Source: the human T2T-CHM13v2.0 reference genome, Homo sapiens | Strand: one strand, 5' to 3' | Assembly: GCF_009914755.1 (NCBI RefSeq) | Contig: NC_060936.1 | Length of the DNA: 64,000 bases | Shown: positions 48,403-61,246 of the stretch, one piece after another | How positions within the stretch are numbered: the stretch's first letter is position 1 | Layout of the letters: each line of letters starts with the position of its first letter | The notes under the pieces: model-generated | The model's input: only the letters and a program-made list of their open reading frames with translations | Databases searched by the model: none | What the model was told of the DNA's origin: nothing | Translations under genes and position numbers: made by a program

Positions 48403-48935
48403 CAAAAAAATTCATCTCTTACAAAATTGTTGGAGGGCTAGAAGAATGGGTTCTAAACTGGGCCTCCAGGAATGACCACCTAAACAACACTGTTGAACTG
48501 GCCCCCACTTTGCCAGAATCAGTTACAAGGGTCCACGGAGAGGCCACTCCTGGAACTATTGAATTCAAGGACATACCACTGAGCTTGCAAAACAAGGATC
48601 AGGAAGTCATTGGTGCTGCAGATCCCTCTCAGCACCCTCAGAACTAGGTAGTAAGCACTGGAACATTGCTGCAGGGGGAAAATGCCTCTGTGACCAGGCT
48701 CACCAGCCCAAACAGTCAAACCAGCAAAGCAACAAGAAGATGGCTTCCACCTAAAGTCCATCTTTCATATGATGAGTTATTGGAACTAGGAGAAATCTAA
48801 ATCATGGTTGTAACCCTAGCTGCAAGAGAGTCTTGGAAATGCAATGCCTACCTTTCCAGTTTCTGTTGTTCTGGAAGGTGCCCTATGGAGGTTGGAAAGG
48901 ATGATGATGAGTTCCGATACCAAACCACCACAAGC
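48403..48935. mobile_element. Old ERVL-type LTR (LTR33/LTR41-like), also extending left of the AluY
   Basis: TAGCTGCAAGAGAGTCTTGGAAATG...CTTTCCAG end motif; family uncertain. Confidence 0.45.
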
Positions 48936-48969
48936 CCTGTGAAGTAGGCAGGGAAAACTCCATCATTGC

Positions 48970-49261
48970 CTGGTGGCGCAGTGGCTCACACCTGTAATCC
49001 AAGCACTTTGGGAGGCCAATATGGGAGGATTGCTTGAGCCCAGGAGTTCAAGACCAGCCTGGGCAACATACAGATACCTTATCTCTACAAAAAAAATAAA
49101 AATTTGCTGGGCATGGTAGCTCATGCCTGTAGTCCCAGTGACTCAGGAGACTGAGGTAGGAGGATCTGCTTGAGCCTGGGAAGTCAAGGCTGCAATAAGC
49201 CGTGATCACGCCACTGCACTCTAGTGTAAACAACAGAGGGAGATGCTCTCTCAAAAAAAAA
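48970..49261 (+). mobile_element. Alu (AluJ-like) in a MIR
   Basis: GGATTGCTTGAGCCCAGGAG and GTCAAGGCTGCA; TSD CATCATTGCC. Confidence 0.92.
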
Positions 49262-49789
49262 TGCATCATTGCCACTTTTACAGATGAAAAACCTGAGTCT
49301 TCAGAAAATTAAATAATAATCCCTATTGATTGGTTCTCAAAATTATTTGTGGAATGAGTGAGGACGAATTATTTTCCCAGAGTCAAAAAGCAAACTCCTG
49401 TTGCCCTTAAAGACCCAAGTGAAAGGGATCTCCTCTGTGATGCCTGACCTAACCACCCAAGCTAAAGTCAATGCTATTGTTTATGCATACACACCTACAC
49501 ACACACACCGTGACTTTGATATGTTCATCATGGTACCTACCACAATGTATTTTAAGGACCAATTTGTGTTTCTGTTTCCCTAAGCAGACAATGAAGTCCT
49601 CAAGGGCAAAGATGGCATCTTAGTCTTCTCACCAACCTGGGTATCCACTGTGTGTAGCTCATAGGAGGTCAGATTAATACTTGGTTTATTGACTTAGTAA
49701 GTGTAGTGCTCTGGGCTCTTGACATTAGGCCAGTCCTCTTTCCACCATGCCACACCGCTTCTACCCAACTTTTTCTGAAATCTACTGGC

Positions 49790-50410
49790 TTTGGTATTCA
49801 TTTGCTCACTCATGCAAGAAATATCTATTAAGCACCCATAATGAATCAGTGTTTGACACAGGAGATGTAACAGTGAGTGAAAAGAGACAGTCTCATGGCC
49901 CATAAAGACTACAGTCTAGTGGGGGAGATGGATATGAATTAGCTGATCACACAAATAAATGTGTAACTACAGCAATGATGATGACACCATAAAAGGAGGT
50001 GCATCCTGGTCTGGGAGCGTGTAATAGGTTTGAACTGTACAAGGACATCAGAAAAGATTTGTATAAAGCAGTGATGATAGCTGACATCTAAATGATAATA
50101 GGAGTTATGCAACGCAAAGAGGTCAGAAGGTCAATTCCGTGAGAAAGGAAATGGTCATGCAGAGGCCCTGTGGTAAGAGGAAGGTGAAGAAACAGAAGAA
50201 CAAGGATGGTATTTTTTCCATGAGAAAGGAAATGGTCATGCAGAGGCCCTGTAGTAGGAGGAAGGTGAAGAAACAAAAGAACGAGGATGGTATTAAGTGG
50301 GGCTGGAAAATGAGGAAAGGGTAAGACCCTGCAGAACCTATAGGTCAAATGTAGGATGTCTTTCTTTATTCACCTGGGGGAGAGGATGACATGCTTATAG
50401 GTGTGCCTTA
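49790..50410 (-). mobile_element. L2 fragment containing an 81-bp tandem duplication
   Basis: ATTCATTTGCTCACTCA...TATTAAGCACC...ACAGTCTAGTGGGGGAGA; duplication at 50135-50294. Confidence 0.75.
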
Positions 50411-50426
50411 GAAAACTTCAATGTGT

Positions 50427-50710
50427 GGCCAGGCATGGTGTCTCATGCTTGTAATCCCAGCACTTTGGGAGGCTGAGGCAGGCAGATCACTTGAGGTCAG
50501 GAGTTCAAAACCAGCCTGACCAAACCCTGTCTCTACCAATAATACAAAAATAAGCTGGGTGTGGTGACATGTGCCTGTAATGCCAGCTACTCAGGAGGGT
50601 GAAGGAGGAGAATCGCTTGAGACCAGGAGGCAGAAGTTGTAGTATAGATTGTACCACTGCACTCCAGCCTGGGTGACAGAACGAGACTCTGTCAAGAAAA
50701 GAAAAGAAAA
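50427..50710 (+). mobile_element. Alu (AluS)
   Basis: Dimer with small deletions; TSD AGAAAAYTTCAATGTG. Confidence 0.93.
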
Positions 50711-50719
50711 TTTCAATGT

Positions 50720-50875
50720 GGCTGGGCACAGTGGCTCATGCCTATAATCCCAGCACTTTAGGAGGCTGACACAGGAGGATCACTTGAGCCCAGGAATTCG
50801 AGACCAGCCTGGGAAACATAGGTAGACCCTATCTCTAACTACAAGAAAAAAAATTAAAATGTAATTTAAAAAACA
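50720..50875 (+). mobile_element. Alu left monomer (FLAM-like)
   Basis: Left arm with GGATCACTTGAGCCCAGG and A-rich tail, followed by a third copy of the target site. Confidence 0.85.
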
Positions 50876-51566
50876 AGAAGACTTCAATGTGAAGAATAAA
50901 GTATGGCATAGCATGCAATCATTCAGCCTCCCACAGTGCCCCACTTTGAGCCAAGCACAAAACTCTGAGCTGAGCCATCTTCAGCAGCAGCCCCCATCTT
51001 CTTGGTCTGTCTTTCCAAGATTGCATCATACGTTGAACATCATGTAAATATATGCTATGCACAAGAAAAACATGCATTTCCAAAGAATACTTTGAAGAGA
51101 AACAACTTGCTTATGTCATTCACATACAGAGGCACAGAGAGGTTTATATTGGCTTTTGGCTTTTCAGCATTTAATTTATTTTGCAGAAAGAAATTTAAAA
51201 GTCTTTGGGACTGGAGGTTTCCTTTGAACTAACATCAAACTACCAGACCTGCTAAGGAAGATTCAGCCAGGCTTTGATATGCCTCAGCACATATACAACA
51301 CTGCTTCTGCTTTGGACATGCAAAGGGAGAAAAAAATAGTACTCTGCATCACGAATCCCTCCTTATTAAAAATAATTAGTAGAGATAGCGCATAAGTCAC
51401 TTTTAAAGCCCCCCTTTTCTCTAATTATCCTCCTAAATACATACCAAGACCTATTCACCAAAGACTGTCCTGGATATTTTAGAAAATGTCTTTTAACTCT
51501 ATCCAAAAAAAGTTTAAGCAAGAAATTCTTTTCCCTCAGGCCAACTGAAATAATAATTAAACTGAC

Positions 51567-51936
51567 TGCTATGGTTTACATGCATCTCCCAAATTTCATT
51601 TGCTGGAAACTTAATCCTCAGATTCATATGTTGATGGAATTTGGAGGAGGGACCTTTCAAAAGTAATTAGGATTAGACATGCTCATCAGGGTAGGACCCC
51701 TGTGATGGGACTGCTGGCTTTATAAAAAGAGGAAAAGAGACCTGAGCTGGCACACTCTTGCCCTTCACCATGTGATGCCCTCTGCCATGTTATGACACAG
51801 CAAGAAGGCTTTCACCAGATGTCAGCACCATGATTTTGGACTTCCCAGCCTCCAGAACTGTGAACTAAATAAAATTTTCTTTAGCATTACCTAATCTGTG
51901 GCATTCTGTTATAGCAACAGAAAATGGACCAAGACA
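51567..51936 (+). mobile_element. MaLR solo LTR, MSTD-like
   Basis: TGCTATGGTTT...CCAAGACA termini, 5-bp TSD CTGAC, GGACTTCCCAGCCTCCAGAACTGTGA. Confidence 0.9.
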
Positions 51937-53128
51937 CTGACTTTTTTCCTTGTTTTTCAATCTCACTCCTTTTCACTATTAAATTTTGGCTGCCATGTTT
52001 TAGCTGAGAATTAATCCTCCTCAAAATTAAAATTTTATTAGAAAGCACAGATAAATCCACAACCACCATCAAAGTTTCATGGGATTTTGTGTATTTTTCT
52101 GAAGATTCTGCAGAAATTTTGCACAAAACAAGAATGTGTACTTTGTGGGACACATTTTTTAAAACCTATCTAAACCCTGACTTTCTATATACTCTAACAG
52201 CAATACCAGTAAGATCATTTTACATTCATGGTCATTCTAACCTGGCTGTTCTCCTTATCAAACGTGTGACCTGGATGAGCCACCTCACCCATTTGAGATT
52301 TGGTTTGTTTGCCTTTAAAATGAAAATAATAATTAAGCTTCCATTTAAGGACAAGTTCAAAGCAAAAGGTGAATTGGGCCTATGTTTCTGAGTAATGCTG
52401 AAAATGCTCTAGTTTTCCAGAACGTTGGTACCTTGGCCATACTCTCTCCTTAGCACACCCCCACTCCTGCTCCACTTAAAAACAAGTCATGCTTTTTGTT
52501 GTTTTTTGATGCTTATTCCCCTCTGCCTGAAATTCCCCAACTTCTCTATCTCAAGCTGATCACTCCTTCACTCCCTACTCTGTTTCATGACAGCTTATCT
52601 CATCATATTATATTATATTTATTTATGTCACTAGTTCTCCTAAATAGATAGTTTGTTCCTTGAGGTGGCAAGAAGGTCTTATTCATCCCTGTATCCTTAG
52701 CCCCTAGCAAATTTCCTGGCATAAAATATGCATTGACTGAATAAATGAATGTATGACAATGCGTAAAAAGTCTAGTAGAAACATGCCAATTATGGGGAGA
52801 CTAAAAATTCTAATAGTATATATCAAGGAATCACTATGTTTATTAACTATTGGTTTTGTATCCATTCAAATATCATGAGCAATTTTAATTAATGGTAGTA
52901 TGTGCAAAGATGAGAACTTCTTTTAACCAGATTCATTCTATGTAAAGTCACCCTCTGCCTCTTATTCTTCACTTCTCTTATTTCCATCACAGGAATAATC
53001 ACAATTTATAACAATTTCCTCTTATTGTTGCTATTTTTCTCCTCTAGAAGTTCTTGATTTTGTCTGTCTTGATCATGGCTGAGGCACAGTCCCAGTACGC
53101 TGTAGGTGTCCAAAAAATATTTGTTCAG

Positions 53129-53439
<311 letters not shown>

Positions 53440-55300
53440 ATTCAGGAAATGAGTGAAACCACCAAGTATGGAAGCAAATCTCTTATAGAATCTCTCCATG
53501 CCATCAACTACTTGTATTAAATTCCCAAGATGATTAAGGGAAATCAGAATTTCAGCCTTTTGGGGGAACCTAAAGAGGCACAATAAATAGCACTCTCTTC
53601 TCCTTTCTGAACAAATTGAGTAGTAAAGCAATGGGGCTGTAGTTAGAGGATCAAAATTTTACCTTTAATCAAGCTGAAATCAAAAAACTTGGTAAGTGGC
53701 CCCATCATACTCAATCTCAGAATTGTATAAACTCGACCTCAAATCTCAGCAGTCTCTCTCTGTTTGAGGGTAGGGGAGCTAATTTTTTCCTTAAAAATTA
53801 TGGAGTAGGAGAGCAGAGGAGAACACAGGTTTCCTGGACAGCTCATCCCAAGAACAAGGGCAGCAAGATGTGGGTCCCAAATGCACAGTTCGTGAGTCCA
53901 TGCTGGCTGATCAGAGGCAGCACTTCACCTCCCACAGACAGAGGGAGGGAGGAAACCAAGAGACCAGTAAACTAATGGGGCTCCCAGTCTCTCCAGTGGA
54001 ATAAAACATCAAGACTGGAGTTTCCTTTCTCCCACCCCCACCTTGCCTTGACTTCAGATACACCTATTTTCAGATGCTGTCTGTAGAGAGCCTGAATTTG
54101 GCCAAGTGCATTAAGCCCACCAGGCCAATGTTAATGATTACAGGAGAAAACATCACTCTCATGTCAACAAAATAAACAGAGGTTAGGCAGCCTAAATAAT
54201 TTAGCCTTTTTTCATCATTATTGGAATGCACAATACTATTGGCCAGTAATATAACTATGAAAAAAAATAAAAACCCTAGGAAATAATGCTTTCTATCACT
54301 TTCATTGATCTATCTTTGGTTGTGTGGCTTGCTCTAAAGCTTCCCAGCCAGCTTGCTCCCTGATTTGGCCCAAATCACTCCCAAGCCACTGAGCTTCTGG
54401 TGAAGGTAGTAGGAACCTTGCCTTGGTCAGCAGAGGCCACACAGAATAGCCCTTTCTTAAATATTCAAGATCCTCTGTCTGAAGTTGTTCTTTTCCTGGA
54501 TGGTCAAAGATCCTGAGGAATTCTCTGACAGCAGTTCTCTCTGGCTGGCAAAGCAAGATAGAGGAAGACGGGAGAAGAGCAAGGAAGACACCCTTAACAT
54601 TCTTCAAAAATACTTCTTCAAGATGCCATAAGGAGAGGCATTTTCCCCAGATCTTCCAGCCTACGAGGAGGGTGCAGAGCTTCTATGGAGGGGTTAAAAA
54701 TAATTTTATCACTTGGATAAAACAGAGAGAAAAATCCAAATGTAAATGTTTGAAGATGTGGTCTTTTCAGGTGCCTTCCTTTTGAACTCGAAGGAGAAAA
54801 CGTAAAGGGGGAGAAAGGCCCTTAAAACCACTATGTAGTTTTGCTTTTTTTTTTTCTACTTTGCTTTTCCCTTGTGTAGAACAAACTCTTAGGTTACATC
54901 CCAGCCTAGAATAAATCTTCTGGGCTGAATGATAAATCAGGGATTGTAATGGAAATCACTGTTGACCTTTAAAAGGGCACTGTCTTTATATTTTCACACT
55001 GTGCTGTTTGAAATGTCGACTCAGAATCAGGAAAATAATATACCATCGATTTCTCTCCATACCTCTTATAACAGAGCTTGAAATTGACCTAGAATGCATT
55101 GGTATGTGTTTTCTCATTACGGTTGTCAACATCATCGGAAATGGTGATTAATGATTCAGTCTTGGGAACAGTGTTGTTAGACCTTGTAATTACTGTATGA
55201 ATCGTGTCCAAGCAGCAACTAGCCTACCCTATTTATACCACCCCCCAGAAGTGGGTGTATTTTAACCTTCATGTGGTAAAACTTCATGGTTCTCGATTAA

Positions 55301-55778
<478 letters not shown>

Positions 55779-56248
55779 TCTTCTTTTTCTTTCTAATTTA
55801 CCTATTTTCCTTCCAATTTCAAAATCTCTTTCCCTCTAATTTATCTTTTTTGTATTTTATCCTTTTTCTGTCTGATTTATATATTCCATCTCTCGTTCAC
55901 TCCAGAAGGACCTTTTAAAGCCATCCAGATTCTCTTAGCCTTGCCTCTTCTGACTGACAATATGGAAGGTCTTTTCCTTTCCGGCCTTTATCCTCACATG
56001 TGCTGGCCCATGCAGGATGGCCAAGCCACTCACTGCCATCCTTCCACCAGCTCTCCTTTGGATCTTGTGAGGAAAGCATAGTGAAGTACCATTGAGAGGT
56101 GTCCACAGACTTTCAATTAAACTTGGAAGCTGACAGCACGACCTCTCTTCGTTTTAAAAATAGCTAGGAAGATATGGTTAATATTTTCTCTGTTAAAAGA
56201 ATTTTAAATGGCTTTTAAATGATGTGGCCTTCCACTGAGTTTTTCTTA

Positions 56249-56666
56249 GGGACCAGTTGTAACCACTCTGCAGAAGCAGGAGGGACCTCCACTCGAAATT
56301 TGGTCTGGATGTCAAGACTGATAAAGCCACACGTATACCAAAAGAATATGAAAAGGTTTATTATCTACGTAATTTAGGCTTTTCTGGGGAGAGCATGGCA
56401 GGCCTTGCAAACAGGTCGCAAACGGCTTGAGAACACAAGCAAAGGGACTGGGGCCAGGGTGAGGGTTCCCACAAGCTGGCAGGGGCCAGCAAAGAAGAAA
56501 AGCTCACCTGCATTCAGATGAGGTAGTTGGCCACCCACAAGACGTAATTTGAACAGCACAGGTAGTACTCCCTTGCCTGAAAAGTGTTCTGCCTCAGGAG
56601 TGCCAATGAGCCAGACACACTCAGTAAGCCCTCCTTCAAATTCAGAGATCAAAGATACCCATAACA
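56249..56666 (-). mobile_element. Old ERVL-type solo LTR (MER76-like)
   Basis: TGTAA...ATAACA termini; GAAAAGGTTTATT antisense poly(A) signal; family from recall. Confidence 0.55.
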
Positions 56667-56807
56667 TTTAGAATAACTCTGAAGAAAAAGCATATTTTAT
56701 GGACCTAGATCCAAGTCCCTTTTTTGCCAATTTTGTGACTTTGAGAAATGCACTCATTTCAGAGGCTCAGGTTCTGCATCTGTACAATGGGGATAAATAA
56801 TACCTAT

Positions 56808-56978
56808 TCCATTTCATCAATTCTAAAATGCATTCTTCCTCTCATTTTAGTGTCTCTGAAAACTGGATACAATTCAAGGACTTCTTATAAATGTAATTGT
56901 TGGGTTTTTTTCTTGATGGCACATAAAATCACAATGGTGTTTCTTATAATTGATGGCATCTTAGATTATATCAAATAC
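56808..56978 (+). mobile_element. MER104-like Tc2 MITE inside a MIR
   Basis: ATTTCATCAATTCTAAAATGC...GATGGCATCTTAGATTATATCAAATAC inverted termini. Confidence 0.7.
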
Positions 56979-57927
56979 AATACTTCATAGGGCTGTTGTG
57001 AAGAAAGAAAAAGAAAATACGAAAGCATTTCATTCATTATAATGCTAAATAAATGTTTTATATACACCTTTGGGCCTTAGTTTTTATCTGTAAATTGGGA
57101 GTAATAATAATACTGACTGCATGGGGTTGTTGTGAGGGTCAAGTGAGTGAATACATGTCCAGTGTTCAAAACTATGCCTGAACCAGAGTAGGAGGACTTA
57201 GTCTTATCATTAGCCCAGGACCTTCTGTGACTCATTTGAAGACACGTTGGCCATTGATTCATCCCCCAAACACTGAATGTTTGGTGGGTGTCAGCAGGGT
57301 TCTAGAGTCATCCTGACTCTGCCACTTACTCTGAGCAATTTCTGTAGTTTTATACAGATGCCTCTTCTGCATCCATGATACGAGAAGAATAATTGCACCT
57401 ACTTTGCAAAGTGCAGATGAGCATTAAATGGGTCAGTCCATGGAGAGAGCCTAGTACAGTGCCTGGCAAGTGAGAACCCTCAAAAAATGCTAGTTATTTT
57501 TAGCATGAGATTCTGCTTTAAAGAAGCATCTGGTCTAGCTAGCCCAGAAACAGAAAATTATAACACCACAAGCTAGGGGTGGCCACTCTTCACACACTGC
57601 CCTTGTGTAAGCCCCATCAATGCCCTCAAGTCAAAGATCCTCCAGGAACGCATCTGATGTGAAACAGAATTGGGTTTGCTCTTCATGGTGAGATCCGCTC
57701 ACACCATGAGTATCCATGAAGTGTCTCAGAAAGAGGGTGTTAGAAAGGGATTGTTATGGGAGTGTTGGCTGATTTCAGCTGAATCAGTACGTTAGCTGAT
57801 TTCAGGGAGCACTCAAGGAACTGGGGGATCTGTGCGGGATGGAAGCTGTCAGATATAACATACGGAAATTTAATGATTATCTTCATTTTTCTTTAGTGGG
57901 TAGGAGGATAGAAGTAGAGCTAGAGTT

Positions 57928-58230
57928 GGCCAGGCGCGGTGGCTCACACCTGCAATCCCATGTAATCCCAGCACTTTGGGAGGCCGAGGCAGGTGGATCA
58001 CAAGGTCAGAAGTTCGAGACCAGCCTGGCCGACATGATGAAACCTTGTCTCTACTAAAAAAATAAATAAAAATAAAAATACAAAAACTAGCCAGGCATGG
58101 TGGCATGCACCTGTATTCCAAGCTACTTGGGAGGCTAGGCAGGAGACTCGCTTGAACCCAGGAGGCGGAGGTTGCAGTGAGCTGAGATCGTGCCACTGCA
58201 CTCCATCTCAAAAAAAAAAAAAAAAAAAAA
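57928..58230 (+). mobile_element. Alu (AluS) with an 11-bp internal duplication and a 3' microhomology deletion
   Basis: CCTGCAATCCCATGTAATCCCA; GCACTCCATCTC lacks the GCCTGGG...GAGACTCC segment; TSD approx AGARGTAGRGMTAGAGTT; appears to sit in an old LTR (about 57655-58635). Confidence 0.92.
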
Positions 58231-58491
58231 GAGGTAGGGATAGAGTTATGATTGAAGAAGAAGCAGTAGTCACTCCCATTAGCCAGGAGAGGGGGGTATT
58301 TGGTCATTTTTGCAGTTATACAGTGTCTGTTTTTATCTCTGTTCAGGCATAATTACAGAGTTGTCTTGTTTTTGTCTTGTTCCATCACATCCTTGAAAGT
58401 TCTCATCTGATATCAACATTCTGCCTGTGTTCACCAAGGCAACAGCATGACCCAACTGGTAGCAAATAAGCCAGCAATTAGCTATCAGCTG

Positions 58492-58605
58492 TAGGGTGAC
58501 CAACCATCCCAGATTGTCGGGGACTGAGAGGCTTCCCAGGATACAGGACTTTTCACTCTAAAATGGGGAAAGTCCCAGGCCAACAGGACTGAAGTCAGTC
58601 ACCAA
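58492..58605 (+). mobile_element. MER81-like hAT-Blackjack MITE
   Basis: TAGGGTGACCAACCATCCC...GGGAAAGTCCCAGGC...GTCACC inverted termini. Confidence 0.8.
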
Positions 58606-60796
58606 GCTGCCAGGGCTTTCTTTTTCTCTCTCAGCCTTCACCTTTTTAATAACATGTCCTATGAATTACCCAATTTATACTTTTCTTTATTGACTCATTT
58701 GTCTGCATATGAGGATGTGCTTTAGAGGCAGACAAGTCCCATCTCTATCACTTACTAGCCATGTGACCTTGAGCAAGTTGCTCAATGTCTCTGAGTCTTG
58801 GTTTCCTCCTCCCTAAAATGAGGCTGGTGCATACTCTATGCAAAGCCTTACTTGAGATAATGGCATCCTCAGCAATGCCTTGGACGTCGTAGATGCTCCA
58901 TTAATGTTACTCCTGTCCTCCCCAAATCCCATCTCTACCCCATTCCTTATCAGCTTTGCACCATTTCGTGCAAAGGCCTTGAATCTACAGTGACATCTCT
59001 GAACCTTATTTTTATAGCTCTTAGCACAGCTCCAGGTGCCTAAAAACACTTTAAAAATTAATTTAAAGGATGTTATCTCTGCTCCTTTTTCTGTTCTTCA
59101 GTTCCTCCCCTTATTTCCTTATTGCCTTCGTTTTTTGTTGTTGTTTTTTTTTCAGTTCAGTTTCAATACAGACTGCAAAAATTGCCCATGCCGACTATAT
59201 TTTAAATCATCATGGCAGGGTATTGGGAAACATTTTCAACTAGCCATAATCGGGCCTCGGATAAACCTCATGGGCTACCATACTGCCACTGTGCAAAGCT
59301 ACCATTATTTCTTATACTTTTCTATCCCCTTTTCCTGCAGGAAATTCAGACCTGTAAGTAACAACGATTGTAATAAACTACATTTCTAGACCCCTTTGTA
59401 GCTTATAAAATGCTTTTGACAAAAGAAAAAAAAGAACCTGAGAGGCAAGTACTATTACTCTCCTGTTTACAGATTAGCAAACTGAGGCTTAGAGAAGCCA
59501 TGTGCCTGATTCAAAATCAGAAGACTAGTAATGAATGAGAACCAATGCTTTGAGTCTCTGCTCTGCTCTAAAACAGCTTTCCTCAGATACTCAAACCCAG
59601 ATGTCAATACATCCCCATGCTTCACACACCAAGGGTCATGGATCAGGCCTCTTGACCAGATGTTGCTATTGAGACAAGCAGCTGTCATTTGTAATATCCT
59701 GTGCTGTCCCCCAGGGTCCATGGCTCAGTTTCACTTTAAATCCAGCCACAGCTCTTGCCAGACCAATGAGAAACTCCCATTTGAGGTGGAACCACTGAAA
59801 TCTGATTCAGAGCTCTCTGCTAGTTCTTCCTCTGACTGTCAATTCAGCTTAAGCCCTGGCAGCTGGACTTAGTCGGGGCTGGATAACTCTAACTTCCCTT
59901 GACTTGCCATCTCCTTCCCCATTGCCCAAAGAAGGAATGCCAAATGGACTCACACTTGTCGCCCTTTGGAATCCCTTACGTGTCATTGCCTAAGCAGAAA
60001 TTACAAATAAGGCTTTGGTATTTAATTCAGACCAGTACCAAAATATTTCCCTGTCTAGAGTTCTTCCATGAAGAAAGCATTTATAGTATGCAGATGGTGG
60101 GGGCGTGGGCCTGCAGGCGGCCCAGGAATGCAAGTCAACAGCCTTGAGTCTTACTAGAAGAGGGGTGTGGACACCGGGCGCCTTTCCAGGGTAACCCAAG
60201 TAGGTGGAGTTTGTGGTAAGGCAGAAAAAGGCTAGGACTTGGGGCCAGCAGAGCCAGGTTTAAATGCTAGTTCCCATGTTGACAGGGTGAGTTGCACATG
60301 GTGAGTTGCTGCATGCTAAGCATTCAGTCTCTCCTAAGCTCTTCTTCGTAAAAAAAAGCAATGCCTGTCCTGCCCTTCTCTTTAGGGTGGTCTCGAGGTA
60401 ATGGACATAAAAGCACTTTAGAAACTGGAAATCGCCAGACAAGTATAGGCTGTTAATATTACAGTGCAATGTCTAAAGTCTGTGATAAATTTTTCAGGCA
60501 GATTCACTATGCATTCCAATTCTCTTTGGTCTTTGTTTTTCTTCCAGTTCCCTTAATCTGTCTCCCTGCACAAGCTCAAAGTTGCCAAAGAATAGGTCTG
60601 CGTTTGTTTCATATTTCACACACTTCTTCAAGCAGTATTCCAACTCAAAAAGATAGTCTGAGGAAGCTTAAGTGATTGAAAGGAGAAGGAAAACACTTGG
60701 CTCAAAATATGATTTTTGGTTTTTGTTTCTCTAGTCTAGAGGAAAATTTTAGATTTTGATTTGGAGGAGAAAAAACAGAAAAGTTAGAGAAATTGA

Positions 60797-60841
60797 AGCC
60801 AGGCGTGGTGGCTGATGCATGTAATCCCAGCACTTTGGAGG
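60797..60841 (+). mobile_element. Alu 5' head truncated by the provirus insertion
   Basis: AGCCAGGCGTGGTGGCTGATGCATGTAATCCCAGCACTTTGGAGG abuts the LTR start TG. Confidence 0.85.
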
Positions 60842-61184
60842 TGTAAGGAACATGGCTGTGCTGCAGCCAAGCAGGCATAGGGCAGCAGGCATAGACCGAG
60901 GAAAACAGCCTAGAAGACTCAGCAGGATTGGGGCGCACGCACACACTCCCATGTCTCATATAATCATAGCCATGTAGACACAACATAGAGAAGCTCCCCA
61001 CCTGGCTCTCAGCCACTATTGTCTGTGTAGGTATAAATGTAACACTGACCCTGTGAGGGGCTGCTGAATAAAGCCATGTCTCAACTACCTGCTGTCTCTC
61101 GAGTGTTCTTCCAGCTCCCTGCCCCACATCCACTCACTCCCCTCAGCCCTCAGCTGGGGCTGGAACCTGACCCTGAGCACGACA
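60842..61184 (+). mobile_element. 5' LTR of a HERV-S-like provirus (LTR18 family)
   Basis: TGTAAGG...GACA termini, TATAAAT at 61032, AATAAA at 61067, followed by a Ser PBS. Confidence 0.88.
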
Positions 61185-61186
61185 AC

Positions 61187-61204
61187 TGGCGAAGTCGGCA
61201 GGAT
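61187..61204 (+). promoter_or_regulatory. Primer-binding site for tRNA-Ser
   Basis: TGGCGAAGTCGGCAGGAT is 17/18 identical to TGGCGTAGTCGGCAGGAT, the complement of the tRNA-Ser 3' end ATCCTGCCGACTACGCCA. Confidence 0.9.
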
Positions 61205-61246
61205 GAGGTGAGTGAGTCTTCAGCCTTTGAGAATCCCGGGTCTGCT

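Noticed and set aside
54302-54630. Protein-looking short ORFs on both strands
   Set aside because: No recognisable homology or convincing splice-site pair
59531-59872. 113-aa ORF with an acceptor-like TGTCCCCCAG
   Set aside because: Starts in a MIR tail, has no recognisable domain and no partner exons
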